This document shows, one piece after another, positions 13,113 to 26,134 of a stretch of DNA of 64,000 nt. The position numbers and the translations under genes were made by a program. The stretch is from NCBI RefSeq assembly GCF_001194135.2, contig NC_068983.1:112646272-112710271 (forward strand). Reading direction: 5' to 3'. This DNA comes from Octopus bimaculoides (taxonomy: Eukaryota). Position 1 is the first letter of the stretch. Each line of letters begins with the position of its first letter. Below the pieces are notes generated by a model. The model worked only from the letters and a program-made list of their open reading frames with translations. It did not search any database and was not told the origin of the DNA.

Positions 13113-16103
13113 TTTCCTCAGCCTACCTCACTTTCGCTGTCCATTTACCTCAAACTCTAGCACCCTCTTCAGAACATGCTCCTCTTCCCTCCTCAACACA
13201 TGCTCATACCACTGCACTCCATTCACCCTTGCCAGCCATTCTACTGATTCCTCCAACCCCAGCATCCCCATCAAGTCCTCAGTCCTCCTCTTATCAAACA
13301 GCCTCATGTCACACACTTCTCACACCATTGCTCTCTCAGTCCTTCTCAAAATTGCCATCTCTCTCTCTTAAATACCATATCTCACTCCCATACAGCATTG
13401 CAGTTCTCACACAACTGCTATAGATTTTTCCTTTCATCTTCAATAAGAATCTTTTACCATATAATAATGCTCCACATTCCATGAACTTCACCCAGCCAAG
13501 TCTTGCTCTTGCTGTCAAATCACATCCACCCTATCTCCCAAATAACTAAACCCTCTCACTGTCTCCACCTCATCACATATAGTGTTTCCACTGACTTTGC
13601 CAGCCCTCCAGCTCCTTTCTCTCATCTTCCGCAAACAAATTCTCTTGCCAGTCTTGGGATCACCTTCTTCATTTTCATACATCCGCCATGAATCCAATTC
13701 TCACGTCTCATGCCCGACACTGCATTTGCCATTGCCTTCCTTCCACATACACCACATAGATCCACCTTACTAACACTTCTCCTTCCACCCCACTCACATC
13801 ACCTTTATCTTCTTGAGGTGTACCTTCAAACCCTTACTTTCAAATGCCTCCTATTTCCAAAACTTCTCCCTCAATCCCTCCATTGTCTCACTCATCAGAA
13901 CAAAGTCATCTGCATACAGTATCTCCATTAGCAGTCCCTCTCTTGCACTCTCCATCACCACATCAACTACTATTGCAAACAACAATGGTGACAATGCAGA
14001 TCCCTGATGCACACCAACTTTCACTGCAAACTCCTCCGACAGCTCTGATCCAATTCTCACTCTTGTCTTTACCCCCTCATACAAACTCATCACTTCTCTC
14101 ACTATTACCTCTAGTACACCTCTCTTCCTCAATGCCCATTCAATCACCTTCCTTGGAACCCTATCAAATGCCTTCTCCAGTTCAATAAAGCACATGTACA
14201 ACTCCTTCCCTTTATCTCAGTATTCCTCCTGCTATCTCCTTACAATGAACACTGCATCTCTTGTCCTCCTTCCTGGCATAAAACCAAATTGCATCGCATC
14301 CACATCCACCCCTTTTCAAATTCTCCTCATCAACACCCTTTCCACTATCTTTATTGCATGCACCAATAACTTCATTCCTCTATATGCCCCACAACTCATC
14401 ACATCTCACTTCCCCTTGAAGATTGGTACCACCACACTTAGTACCCAATCATCTGGCATTCCTCTTCCATCTAGCATTCCCTGGCAGAGCTCCATCATCA
14501 CAACAATCCCTATCTCTCTACTTGCAGTTATCATTTTCACACTTACTGCTGATGAACCAGCTACCTTTCCTGTTTTTATTTCCTTCATTTCCTCCACTAC
14601 TTCTTCCCGACTAACCCTTTCCACTGGCCCCTTCACCTCAGCAAAATTCTACCCCCTGATCCCATTCATTCTCTTCATTCATAATTCCCTCCATATGCTC
14701 CTTCCAAACTCTTCTCCTGTCTTCACTAAAATTCAACCTTCCATCACTCCTCCTCATGCATCTTTCTCCTTCAACATCTCTTCCATCATTTTTCGTTGAT
14801 TTAATAAACCTAAACACTCTATCTGGGTTCTCATCCAGCCTGCTCAACCTCTCCTCAGCCTCCTTCCACATAAATCTCACAACCACCCACTTTGCACGAT
14901 TCTTCATGTTATTATTCCTGGCTTTCATTTGCTCATTCCTATTATTACATAAAGCTTTGTGCTCCTCCTTCTTCCTCACTATAACATCCTTCACCTCCTC
15001 ATTCCACCACCACATATTTCCCCGATCTCTCCTACCCTTCGTTCTTCCACACACTTAGTCACCCCTTCTTGAAAAGACTTTCACAAATCTGGTGCATCAA
15101 TGCTTACCAACTCCTCAACTCTCTCCTCAAACCTTGCCTTTGTTTCTTCTTCTTTCAGTTTCCACACCTTTCTCCTCTCAGCCATTCCCTTTCTCACACA
15201 CTTTTTAATTTTCCTCTTATCCAAGTCAGCAACCCCCAACCTATGCTGCGACTCTCCTGGTATTGTCTTCACATCTCTCAGATATTTTCTATTTTTCCTG
15301 CCAGCCAACACGAAATCAATTTCTGTCTCATTCCCTCCTGCACTGAAAGTCACCTTCCTTTTCTCTGTTTTCCTAAACTACGTATTCACCACACACAACT
15401 CTTTCTCATCACAAAAACTCTAACAGCATCCTTCCTTCCAAATATCTCACTCCAATTCCATTTCCCCCATGCCTGCCCTCAAATCTCTGGATCCATTTCC
15501 CAACATGTCCATTAAAATCACCCATACCCCAAACCAATTCATCTACCTTTTGTAAGTCTCACTCATTCGCCATTTCAGCAAAGAACTGCCCTTTCTCAGT
15601 GATCCCTCTTCCCCTTTATGGACCATACCCACAAATTACCCTCACCACTTCTTCCTCAAATGCTAACACTACTGTCATCACTCTGTCTCTCTTTCTCCTG
15701 ACTGCTACCACCTTCTCACAGATTTCTTCCTTTACCAAAACTCCCACATCACCAGTCCCCCGTTATTTCTGACCACTGCAACTTGTACCTTCTTCCCTTT
15801 TGACTCCAACAAATCTTGCACCTTGGCCCCTCCACCTAACTTCCTGCACACAGCACACATTCACCCTCCTCTTCCTCAATTCCTCACACACCTCAGTTCC
15901 CCTTCCACACAGACTGCCCACATTCCAACCTCGCAACCTCACCCCAAGCTTTTCCTTAGGCCATCGGCCATCATAAGCAAGTCATGTTTGCACAACCGAG
16001 GATAAGGGTTTGCACATTCCTTTTTCAGGTAGGCAGGTGCAGCTCAACCTTTGGGCTGGATGGTATTCTCCTTTGCTATTATCATGAGGCATTTTCGTAG
16101 CAG
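13113..16103 (-). mobile_element. RTE-clade LINE (APE endonuclease + reverse transcriptase), frameshifted; 3' end lost in the gap
   Basis: Minus-strand translation gives WNVGSL..RG..CVQEVRW (APE N-terminus, ~15850-15935), EIDFVL..HRL (APE C-terminus), LEKAFDRVPR, GVHQGSALSPLLF, LYADD (~13906-13920), YLGD and ARARLGW..F..LLYG. Many stops and frameshifts. Confidence 0.93.
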
Positions 16104-16167
16104 GATTATGTATGTATGTATGTATATATGTATGTATGTATGTATGTGTGTGTGTGTGCATGTGTGT

Positions 16168-16211
<44 letters not shown>

Positions 16212-16214
16212 TCA

Positions 16215-16350
16215 CAAGCATGGCTCTGTGGTTAAGAAGTTCACTTTTCAGCTGCATTAATTTGGGTTCCACCCTCCACTGAAGCATTTTGATCAAGTAT
16301 CTTCTACAATAGCAGTGGGTTGGCCAGTGTTTTGTGAATGAAATTTGGTA
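16215..16350 (+). mobile_element. old SINE head related to family A
   Basis: gcatggctctgtggttaagaag...gggttcc...caagtatcttcta resembles the family A head. Confidence 0.45.
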
Positions 16351-17130
16351 TACACTCCATACTTTTAAAAGATCTTTTCATTATCCACATTTCACTAGTC
16401 TCCATTGTTATTATCATTAATTGCTTAATGTCTTATTTTTATATCAAGCTTTTCCTGAACTGACAAATGCAGCTGTATACATCATAGGTGTGTGCAGTGT
16501 TTTGTTTTAGTTTTGCAATGTGTCTTATATTCCAACTACTCTATGCATTATATGTGCTGTGTAGCTCTCACTTTTGGATGTTCAGTATATTTATAAATCC
16601 TAGTGTTTCCATTATGTCAGTATGTGTTTTTAATCATTTCCAAGTTTCTTATTATTATAGGTGTTGTTTCTGTTTTCAAGTTGTACTTTCAGCTTATATC
16701 CATTTCTAGATATCTATATTTAGTTAATTTCTACACTTATTTTCGAGATACATTATCATCAAGTGGTACAGATTGTATGATTAGGAAACATTTCTTTTGA
16801 CAACAGCATCCATTTGATTAGTCTTGATCACTCTGCCTCTGTGGATTGACTTATACCAAAGTGTGGTTATTTTGTCATTCTCAAAGACCTGTTCTGGTGC
16901 CTGTTGTGAGAATACATTTTCATAAGTAATATTTATAAGATTATACTTTATAAGCAACTTGAAACATACTTTTGTGGGGTTTCAAATGACAAAGGCTTTT
17001 ATCCTATGCTGAGTTTTGATCAAGAACTTCAGTTATAGCATTGTGTTATGTGTCTCTTGACAAGTGTTGATGATAGTGATGATCTGCCCTATATCAGTCT
17101 CTGGCCTCAATATTACTGAGATAATCTTCA

Positions 17131-17540
17131 CAGGAGTGGCTGTGTGGTAAGTAGCCACATGGTTCCAGGTTCATTACCACTGCATGACACCTTGGGCAAG
17201 TGTCTTCTATTATAGGCTCAGGCCGACCAAAGCCTTGTGAGTGGATTTGGTAGACGGAAACTGAAAGAAGCCCATCGTATATATATATATATATATATAT
17301 GTGTATATATGTATGTGTGTGTGCATGTTTGTGTGTCTGTGTTTGTCCCCCCAACACCGCTTGACAACCGATGGTGGTGTGTTTACATCCCCGTAACAGA
17401 GCGGTTCGGCATAAAAGACCGATAGAATATGTACTAGGCTTCCAAAGAATAAGTCCAGGGGTCGATTTGCTCGACTAAAGGTGGTGCTCCAGCATGGCTG
17501 CAGTCAAATGACTGAAAAAAGTAAAAGAGTAACAAGAGTA
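17131..17540 (+). mobile_element. tRNA-derived SINE, local family A (bipartite, internal TA/TG microsatellite)
   Basis: Box-A-like tggctgtgtgg, box-B-like ggttca, accttgggcaagtg segment (CORE-like), tail gactgaaa.aagtaaaagagt. Confidence 0.9.
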
Positions 17541-17672
17541 TGAATAGATGCTGTTTCACAGCGATAATGCTCTTCTCGGTACATGAATTGTTCCAGTTAA
17601 CACGATTTTTTGCACTTCCTGTAGGGATGGTAAGCCTGGTATTTATTTTCAAATAAGGTTTTGGTACCTTTT

Positions 17673-17722
17673 TTCTTCTTCTTCTTCTTCTTCTTCTTCT
17701 TCTTCTTCTTCTTCTTCTTCTT

Positions 17723-17784
<62 letters not shown>
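17673..17784. repeat. compound (CTT)n-(TTA)n microsatellite
   Basis: Read directly from the sequence. Confidence 0.95.
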
Positions 17785-17810
17785 ATAGAAAGGATTGAGG
17801 TAACTCCTCC

Positions 17811-18458
17811 NNNNNNNNNNNNNNNNNNNNNNNNNNNNNNNNNNNNNNNNNNNNNNNNNNNNNNNNNNNNNNNNNNNNNNNNNNNNNNNNNNNNNNNNNN
17901 NNNNNNNNNNNNNNNNNNNNNNNNNNNNNNNNNNNNNNNNNNNNNNNNNNNNNNNNNNNNNNNNNNNNNNNNNNNNNNNNNNNNNNNNNNNNNNNNNNNN
18001 NNNNNNNNNNNNNNNNNNNNNNNNNNNNNNNNNNNNNNNNNNNNNNNNNNNNNNNNNNNNNNNNNNNNNNNNNNNNNNNNNNNNNNNNNNNNNNNNNNNN
18101 NNNNNNNNNNNNNNNNNNNNNNNNNNNNNNNNNNNNNNNNNNNNNNNNNNNNNNNNNNNNNNNNNNNNNNNNNNNNNNNNNNNNNNNNNNNNNNNNNNNN
18201 NNNNNNNNNNNNNNNNNNNNNNNNNNNNNNNNNNNNNNNNNNNNNNNNNNNNNNNNNNNNNNNNNNNNNNNNNNNNNNNNNNNNNNNNNNNNNNNNNNNN
18301 NNNNNNNNNNNNNNNNNNNNNNNNNNNNNNNNNNNNNNNNNNNNNNNNNNNNNNNNNNNNNNNNNNNNNNNNNNNNNNNNNNNNNNNNNNNNNNNNNNNN
18401 NNNNNNNNNNNNNNNNNNNNNNNNNNNNNNNNNNNNNNNNNNNNNNNNNNNNNNNNNN
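17811..18458. other. assembly gap
   Basis: N run. Confidence 1.
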
Positions 18459-18511
<53 letters not shown>

Positions 18512-18513
<2 letters not shown>

Positions 18514-18787
18514 CTATGTTTGAGTTTTGCTTTGCATTTGTACAAGTTGGATCCAAGTCTCACCCAGAGACCTCAAGAGACAAGTTAGAAGTTCATATAG
18601 GTGTTATACCTAGGGTACCATATATTTGGATTTGTACATAGTGTTGTTCTAGAGAATGTTTAAGAAACCATAAGAAAATTATGTGTTTGTTTTAGAATTT
18701 GAGATCACATGGACAGTATTTTACATAGGATATAGGCAGTTCCCATGAGCACTACCTTTTGAACTTCAGCCATTTTGGGGTTTCCTG
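18512..18787 (-). mobile_element. 5'-truncated R4/Dong-type LINE 3' end between (TAA)n arrays
   Basis: Minus strand reads GNPKMAEVQKVVLMGTAYILCKILSM* (stop at 18705-18707), resembling the R4/Dong ORF C-terminus. About 190 nt of 3' UTR follow, with (TTA)n on both sides. Confidence 0.65.
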
Positions 18788-18841
<54 letters not shown>

Positions 18842-18865
18842 GGTATTACTATCGTTGTTGTCTAA

Positions 18866-19078
18866 AGTGGTGAGCTGGCAGAATCATTAGCACATGGGGC
18901 AAAATGCTTAGTGACATTTTGTCTGCCTTTACATCCTGAGTTCAAATTCCGTTGAGGTGTAATTTGCCTTTCATCCTTACGAGGTAAATAAATTAAGTAT
19001 CAGTCGAGTACAGGGGTCGATGTAATCAACTAGTCCCCTTCCATCAAATTTCAGGCCTTGTGCCTAGAGTAAAAAGGT
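18866..19078 (+). mobile_element. SINE family B
   Basis: Same head and body as 8709-8915. Confidence 0.8.
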
Positions 19079-19297
19079 TTATTATTATAATTGGTCTATT
19101 ATTGTTGTTATTATTGATGTCAAATCAGGGTAATATATAAATCAATGCCTTTTGGAAAAACTCCACTGCTGAATCATTTTACAAATTTAATGATAGGATA
19201 ACATAAATATTAGAACAAGGGACTAAATATATCATAACATTTAGTTTCATTTTCCTTTGTTTAAACTGCTTCTGGTGTCATTTTTTATTTTTCACCA

Positions 19298-19692
19298 GCG
19301 CAGGAGTGGCTGTGTGGTAAGTAGCTTGCTTACCAACCACATGGTTCCGGGTTCAGTCCCACTGCGTAGCACTTTGGCCAAGTGTCTTCTGCTATAGCAT
19401 CGGGCTAACCAAAGCTTTGTGAGTGGATTTGGCAGACGGAAACTGAAAGAAGCTTGTCGTATATATGTATATATATGTATATGTGTGTGTGTTTGTGAGT
19501 CTGTGTTTGTCCCCCCAACATTGTTTGACAACCGATGGTGGTGTGTTTACCTCCCCGTAACTTAGCGGTTCGGCAAAAGAGACCGATAGATAAGTACTAG
19601 GCTTACAAAGAATAAGCTCTGGGGTGGATTTGCTCGACTAAAGGCGGTGCTCCAGCATGGCCACAGTCAAATGACTGAAACAAGTAAAGAGT
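19298..19692 (+). mobile_element. SINE family A, full length
   Basis: gcgcaggagtggctgtgtggtaagtagcttgc...gactgaaacaagtaaagag. Confidence 0.92.
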
Positions 19693-19702
19693 ATATGTGC
19701 TA

Positions 19703-19922
19703 GTTCTATCCTTTCTACCATAGGCACAATGCCTGAAATTTGGAGGGGAGCAGATTAGTTAATTGCACCAACCCCAGTACCTTAACTGGTTATTTAATTC
19801 ATTTAATGAAAAGATGAAAGACAAAGCTGGCTTTAACAGAATTTGAACCAGAATGTAAAGACGGATAGAATGTCAGTATGCATTTTGTCCAGCATGCTAA
19901 TGATTCTGCAAGTTCATTGCCT
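19703..19922 (-). mobile_element. SINE family B, degenerate
   Basis: Reverse complement of the family B body and head (gcatgctaatgattctgc). Confidence 0.65.
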
Positions 19923-20275
19923 GTGCTAGCAATATACTCAAGGATTATATATTAATGATATCAGCTTCATTTGTTTCTTTTGTTCTTTTCCATATGCTTG
20001 TATGAAAATCATTGATAATGATTAATACATATAGCTGTATTGACATGTATAGCTCTATATGATTTGCTGTTGTAAATGCCAATAGTAGCCTTCTGTAACT
20101 ACAAAAAATACTTGACTGTTCCTCAGCATCACGAATTATTTATGTTACCTGCTGTTATTTCTCAACTATAACAATAGCACCGAAAAGAGGATTATTACTC
20201 CTTCACTATGAGGAAGATTTTGTTGAAGTAATGTTTAGATGTCTGACTGCTCATCTAAAAGCCAAGAAATTAAAA

Positions 20276-20492
20276 GACTCTCTTTTACTCTTTACACTTT
20301 TACTTGTTTCAGTCATTTGACTGCGGCCATGCTGGAGCACCGCCTTTAGTCGAGCAAGTTGACCCCGGGACTTATTCTTTGTAAGCCTAGTACTTATTCT
20401 ATCGGTCTCTTTTGCCAAACCGCTAAGTGACAGGGACATAAACATACCAGCATCGGTTGTCAAGCAATGCTAGAGGGACAAACACAGACACA

Positions 20493-20534
<42 letters not shown>

Positions 20535-20701
20535 CATATATACAACAGGCTTCTTTTAGTTTCCGTCTACCAAATCCACTCACAAGGCTTTGGTCGGCCC
20601 GAGGCTACAGTAGAAGACACTTGCCCAAGGTGCCACGCAGTGGGACTGAACCCGGAACCATGTGGTTGGTAAGCAAGCTACTTACCACACAGCCACTCCT
20701 G
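20276..20701 (-). mobile_element. SINE family A, full length
   Basis: Reverse complement of family A, from cttttacttgtttcagtc to acagccactcctg. Confidence 0.92.
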
Positions 20702-20764
20702 TGAAAATTATCTCAGTAATATTGAGGCCAGAGACTGATATAGGGCAGATCATCACTATCATCA

Positions 20765-21720
20765 TCATCGTTGTCATCATCATTATCATTGTTTAACATC
20801 TGCCTTCCATGCTGGCATGGGTTTGGACTGTTTGACAAGAAAGAGCTGGCCAGACAGAACACTGCACCAAACTTCTGTGTTTGTTTTAGCATGGTTTTAT
20901 GGCTGGATACTCTTCCTAACAACTGAGGCATGGACTGAGTGCTTTTTACATGGCATCAGCACAGGTGATGTAAGTTATGGCATGGTTTTTACCGCTGGAT
21001 GCCCTTCCAAATGCCAGACACTTTACTGTGTGGACTGGATGCTTTTAACTTGGCACCAGCACCGGCAGAGTCACTAAGTAATTTGAGGGCAAATAATCAT
21101 TGAGAAGGGGGGAGGCATTGGAGGAGGTGAGCTTGTGTCAGGTGATCTTATATCAGAGAGACAAAGATAGAAACAGGTGTCTTGTTGTAGAGGAGGTACT
21201 TGGTTACCCAGACAGAGAGAGCGAGAGCGAGAGAGAATGAGAAGAAGAGAAAGTTAACAAGAGTGAGGACAGAAACAGGTGTGCTAGTGTAAAGGAGATA
21301 CATGATTACCCAGTCAGAGGTAAGAGCAAGTGAAGGAGAGCAAAAGAGAGTGATCAAGAATGAGGGCAGAAACAGGTATGCTGCTGTAAAGGATATACGT
21401 GATAACCCAGCCATAGGGAAGAACAAAGGGAAGAGAGAGAGAGAGAGAATGGAAGACGGCAAGAGTGCAAGAGAGAGCAGGAAAGATGGTGGAGAAGTGT
21501 CAGGATATACTCATAAGCAACAGAAACCAGGGCATAGATGGGATGGTAGAGTAAGGAAGAGAGAGATAAATGATGGTAATTTCCAGGGCATATCCTCAAG
21601 GTATTGAGGTTACAATATAAGTAGCAAGGTATTGCCAAGAAAGGCACGAGTAGGAAGCAAGGGTGGTGAATGCAGTGAATGGTGAGAGCCTGCGTAAATG
21701 TGGTGGATAGATATAGGTCA
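20765..21720 (-). mobile_element. non-autonomous element with RTE-type tail and ~100-bp internal repeats
   Basis: (CAT)n-gtttaacatctgccttccatgctggcatggg tail at 20765-21060. The motif agaaacaggt...ttacccag recurs at 21169, 21271 and 21368. Confidence 0.6.
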
Positions 21721-22131
21721 TCTGAAAGTATATAGCTTACACTACAGCTTAATTAAAAAGGCTGAAATTTTCTGTTGGATAAAAGTTGTGCTGAAGAATG
21801 TAAAATCCCAAATGCTGAGGCATAAATTTTCTAAGAAGTACAAATACATTAGGAATGAATGAATGAAATTGCTTGTTATTGTAAATTTGAGAATTTAAAA
21901 AGAAATACTCAGTCATTTGAAAGTAAAATGATTCCTTTAAGGCTAATATTACTTGTGAATTTCATGGCAAATCACTTGAAAGTGTCCATTGAGAATGAGC
22001 TGCCACATGATGCAGACATTTCCATATCAAACATAATGAATTTGAAAAGTAGAAAATGAATGCCTTCAATGAAACTGTCATTAAAGACATATCACAAGAC
22101 TGTTTGATTCAGTTGATTCATATATGTATGC

Positions 22132-22164
<33 letters not shown>

Positions 22165-22399
22165 TGCATGCATGTATGTATGTATGTATATGTATGTAGA
22201 TACACATGCACACACACAGATGCATATTTTATCATTATCATCTTGCATGGGTTAGTCAAAAATATGTTTTCTAGGACTGGATGTCCTTCCTGTTACCAAC
22301 CACCATGTTTTCCAAACGAGGTAATACTCTCCAATTGATCAAACTACAAACAGCCCAGACACGCTTTTGTAGTAAACTACAAGCAAATAAAAACATGTA

Positions 22400-23930
22400 G
22401 ACTTGAAAAGTATAAATTCACACACATAAGGATTTCATTATTTAAATTCTTCCTCTCAGGAAGGAGCTGGTTCCTAACAAAGACACAATGATCCATTGTT
22501 TGAATATAGACAAAAATAAAAACAATGTCATATTTCAAACTTGAGAAATGTCTTACATGCATTTGCTGTTCAACTTACAAATTGTAATTGTAATATGCAA
22601 ATTAGTTGGTTGATTTCTTTTTCTGAAAACCCTAGCTTATCCAGGTTGTCACTTAACAATTTACTGACAAAACCAAGTACCTCGATTATTATTGGTATAA
22701 ATGTGAATTTATAATCTGGCTATAAAAACTAGAGGTTTTGAAGCAGTTGTTCATAGTTATATTCTGTCACTTTTATTTTCAAATAGATATTCACTTCAGC
22801 AGGACAGCTGACCTCCATAATGGTACATAGTTTTTCTTGTCAGTTTCAAACAACAATATCTGGTCTATTATGTTTACTCTTGACAAATGTTTTGATAAGA
22901 ATGTTCCACCAGTATTCCTTGTATTTTTATGTTGTGTATGTAGTCAATAACAGAGTTTTTCTCTATATGTATTCTAGAATAGTCATTTTTTCTGGATGAC
23001 ATTGTATATTGTTTTTGCAGCAGCATCGTGTCACATAAGGAGGTAATAGTGCCTTGGTGACAGTTTTGGGCAGTTGCAAATCATGTGCAATGTCTTCCAG
23101 AGAAATATGACATTGTCTACATTTTCGGTGACATTTTGCAACTCCAGGGTTTTACAGTCTCTTTTGTTTATTAGGTTTTCTGCAGCAATCTCCTGTTCTT
23201 AGACTTAAAATGCATAGCCTCTGAAATGTGATGTGATATAACAGTCACGAATCCAAAGAGGTTGTGCTTCATGTCAATATTACTGTCTTCTGCATGTTTT
23301 CAGGGAACATATCCATGCATGGCCCTTTTTTTTGTCTGCTGACAGTTCTTCTTTGAGGTTTGTTAGTTTAGCTGTTCTAGGGTTGTATGGGGCGGGGAGC
23401 ATCAGGAAGAAAATTCTTCCTGAGGAGCTCAGTTCTTCCTGAGGATCTCAGTGCTGACATGAAGGATATTGTTCTTTTCACTTTTCAGCACTATTTTTAT
23501 GTATTTATTTTTGTTGCTGTTGTTTAGATAATGCTGTCTGAAAGAGACTATGACATTTGAAGGCTGTCTACACTAATCTCAAGCCTGTACCTTCTTTATT
23601 TCTTCTTAAGTAGAGCCTGTTGCTATCACTATTTCTGTGGAGATTTCCAGTTAATGTCAACATCTTAAGCATTTTGGCTTTGATGGAGTGGGTGTCTTCT
23701 ATGTATCTATGTATATGTGGGTGTTTAGGAATCAAAAGAGACAAATAGTTCAGTATATTAATAAGCAAGTGGACAACATAGCAATGAATTCCTCAAATTG
23801 AAACTGAGTGATTATTTCTTTAAAATATTGTGTATAAATAATTAGACTGCTGAAGGAAGCAACATTATTGTAAGTAGCAAGTATTTAGTAAAGACGTTGA
23901 GTGGGATTACCAAAGGAAGATGAATTGGTT
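22400..23930 (-). mobile_element. R4/Dong-clade LINE remnant (RT C-terminus, zinc-knuckle region, restriction-like endonuclease)
   Basis: Minus strand, frameshifted: LTLTGNLHRNSDSNRLYLRRNKEGTGL, EQEIAA, CPKLSPRHYY..HD.AAKTIYN, NRPDIVV..IMEVSCPAEVN, YPDYKFTFIPIII..LGFV. Confidence 0.8.
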
Positions 23931-24907
23931 GAAGTATTGTCTTTTTGTATTTGTTCAGTATTTTCATTTTTATAATTTTATTGCATTTCAATGTTTATTG
24001 CCTAAAAGCAGTTACCTTAACACAATAAAAGTGTACTCTTAGCTTCTATTCACAAGACTTAGCTCAAATTTCACCAGCCAATTAGGGATAAAGTTTTCTG
24101 TGGTTATGATACTATTCCATCAGAGTTAGCAACTGATTTCTGATAGTAAACTCAAATTATATGGACTAAAGTGTTCTGTCCTAAAATACAATGAATATCT
24201 GTACCCTTGGCCTATTAACAGATAGTCTATTATATTTTCCACACTGTTGTTTTTCTCATGCTTATCTTTTGCAGATACATATACAAAGCGATTCATTTAA
24301 GAATATAGATCAGAAATAGGGCTCCTTGAAACACAGTAACTGATAAAAATTGCTAGAAAGCGGTGATATAAGATTCATTCAATCAATATGCAATATATAT
24401 TTTAAAGTGTATCAATAATCAAAATATTTAAAATACATTGGGTTATATTGTGTTTCTAAGGAAAATGAAGTATGTGAACTTATAAAAATCCATTATTTCA
24501 GTGTGCTTAAAAGTTTGAATACGTGATTTTAACGATAAAAATCACATGTATATATAAACAGCTCTTATTAAAAATGTTAGACAAAGTAAAATCAGCCTGG
24601 GGATAAACCTGATATTAAATAATCAAAACAGTGAGACCTTTAGAGCATCACAATTTTATTTAGTCCTTTCTAACCCAAAGGTTGATAGCTAAATATAATA
24701 CTGCATTGAATGATGAAATGAACAAGATGAAAGAGAATCGATATACAGAGATATTTCTTAACAGCTCTCTTTAGATTAACAAAAAAATAAACTAAACTTG
24801 AGAATTTTTACATCTGTTAGCTCAATTTTTTCTAATATTTTAAATCAGTGGAAATAAGATGTCAGCTATTATATTTATTGAAATAAATAAGTGTGTGCAT
24901 GTGTGTA

Positions 24908-26134
24908 TTGGGTCATCCCATAAATAATGCAGTTTTTTCAATTGCAAACTACCAGATAGTAATTTTACCTTGAACTTATTCTTAGTGCAAGATTTGAAGT
25001 GTACAGTTCGATTTTACAGTTATTTTTTCTAAACTATAATGGAAGTGCAAAGGAGCATATTTGGCATATTTTACTTTATGAGTTCAATAAAAGCAACAAG
25101 GCAACACAAAGAGAAAGAAATATTAATTTAGTATATGGGGATTGGACAATAAGTATAAGCCAGTGTCAACAGTGGTTCCAGAAATTCCAAGCTGGAAGCT
25201 ACAGCCTAGATGAGCCTCATCCTGGAAGATCTATTGAGCTCCACAAGGACGTCCTGCAAAACCTGCTGGAACAAAATCCCATATTAACTGTTGAGGAACT
25301 AGCAGAGATGCTTGGATTTTGGTCATTCCACCATTCATCAACACCTGTGTGTCATCAGAAAAGTCAGCAAATTGGGTCAATAGGTTCCTCACAAACTTAC
25401 CGACCTTAATCTTGTGCAGAGATTGAATGTGTGCTCTTTGCTGTCCTGTCTCATGAATGAACATTTTTTAACCAAATAATGACTGGTGATGAGAAACGGG
25501 TTTTCTATAAAAATGTCAAGCACTGAAGACAGTGGGTAGGGAAAGGAGAAACACTGGCACCCTAGGCTAAAGAAGATCTTCACCCACATAAGGTGTTGTT
25601 ATCTCTTTGGTGGGATATGAAACGTTTAGTCCACTTTGAACATTGAAACCAAAACCAAATGATAACAAAGGAGATCTACTGTGAGTAGCTTGAGCAGCTT
25701 AAGTCAACGCTAGAAGAAAAATGACCATCTTTGATTTCAAGAGGAAATGTGTTCTTCCATCAGGATAATGCTCAGCCAAATACAGCAAAGATGACATTCA
25801 AAAGGCTGGAGCAGCCTAAATGGGAAACAATGCCCACCTGCCATATTCACTGGGTATTGCCCCATCTTATTATCATTTATTCCACAGTCTTCAAAATCAT
25901 TTGGATGGAAAAAATATGAATTCTATAGATGAGGTCAAACAGTACTGGAGGAGTATTTCTCATCACGGAAAAGTGAAATTTGGAAGAGGGGCCTTGCAAG
26001 TCTACCAGATAGATGGAAGAGCATTGCAAAAAATGAAGGAGAGTATATTTTAGATTAAAAAAGAACTTTGTTTATCTTAATTTTGAAAAATAAAAGAAGT
26101 ATAAAAGAACTGCATTATTTATGGGATGACCCAA
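24908..26134 (+). mobile_element. mariner DNA transposon, full length, decayed (transposase remnant ~25039-26058); copy 2
   Basis: TA-flanked TIRs ttgggtcatcccataaataatgcag. Motifs *VPHKLT (WVPH-like), TGDEK, FHQDNA and PYSLGIAPSYYHLF (YSPDLAP-like, D,D34D type). Multiple stops and frameshifts. Confidence 0.95.

Noticed and set aside
13128-16005. Plus-strand S/L/P/F-rich ORFs
   Set aside because: Antisense shadows of the purine-rich RTE coding strand.
15982-16103. HDV-like ribozyme at the RTE 5' end
   Set aside because: Known for some RTE elements, but I could not build the nested double pseudoknot from this sequence.
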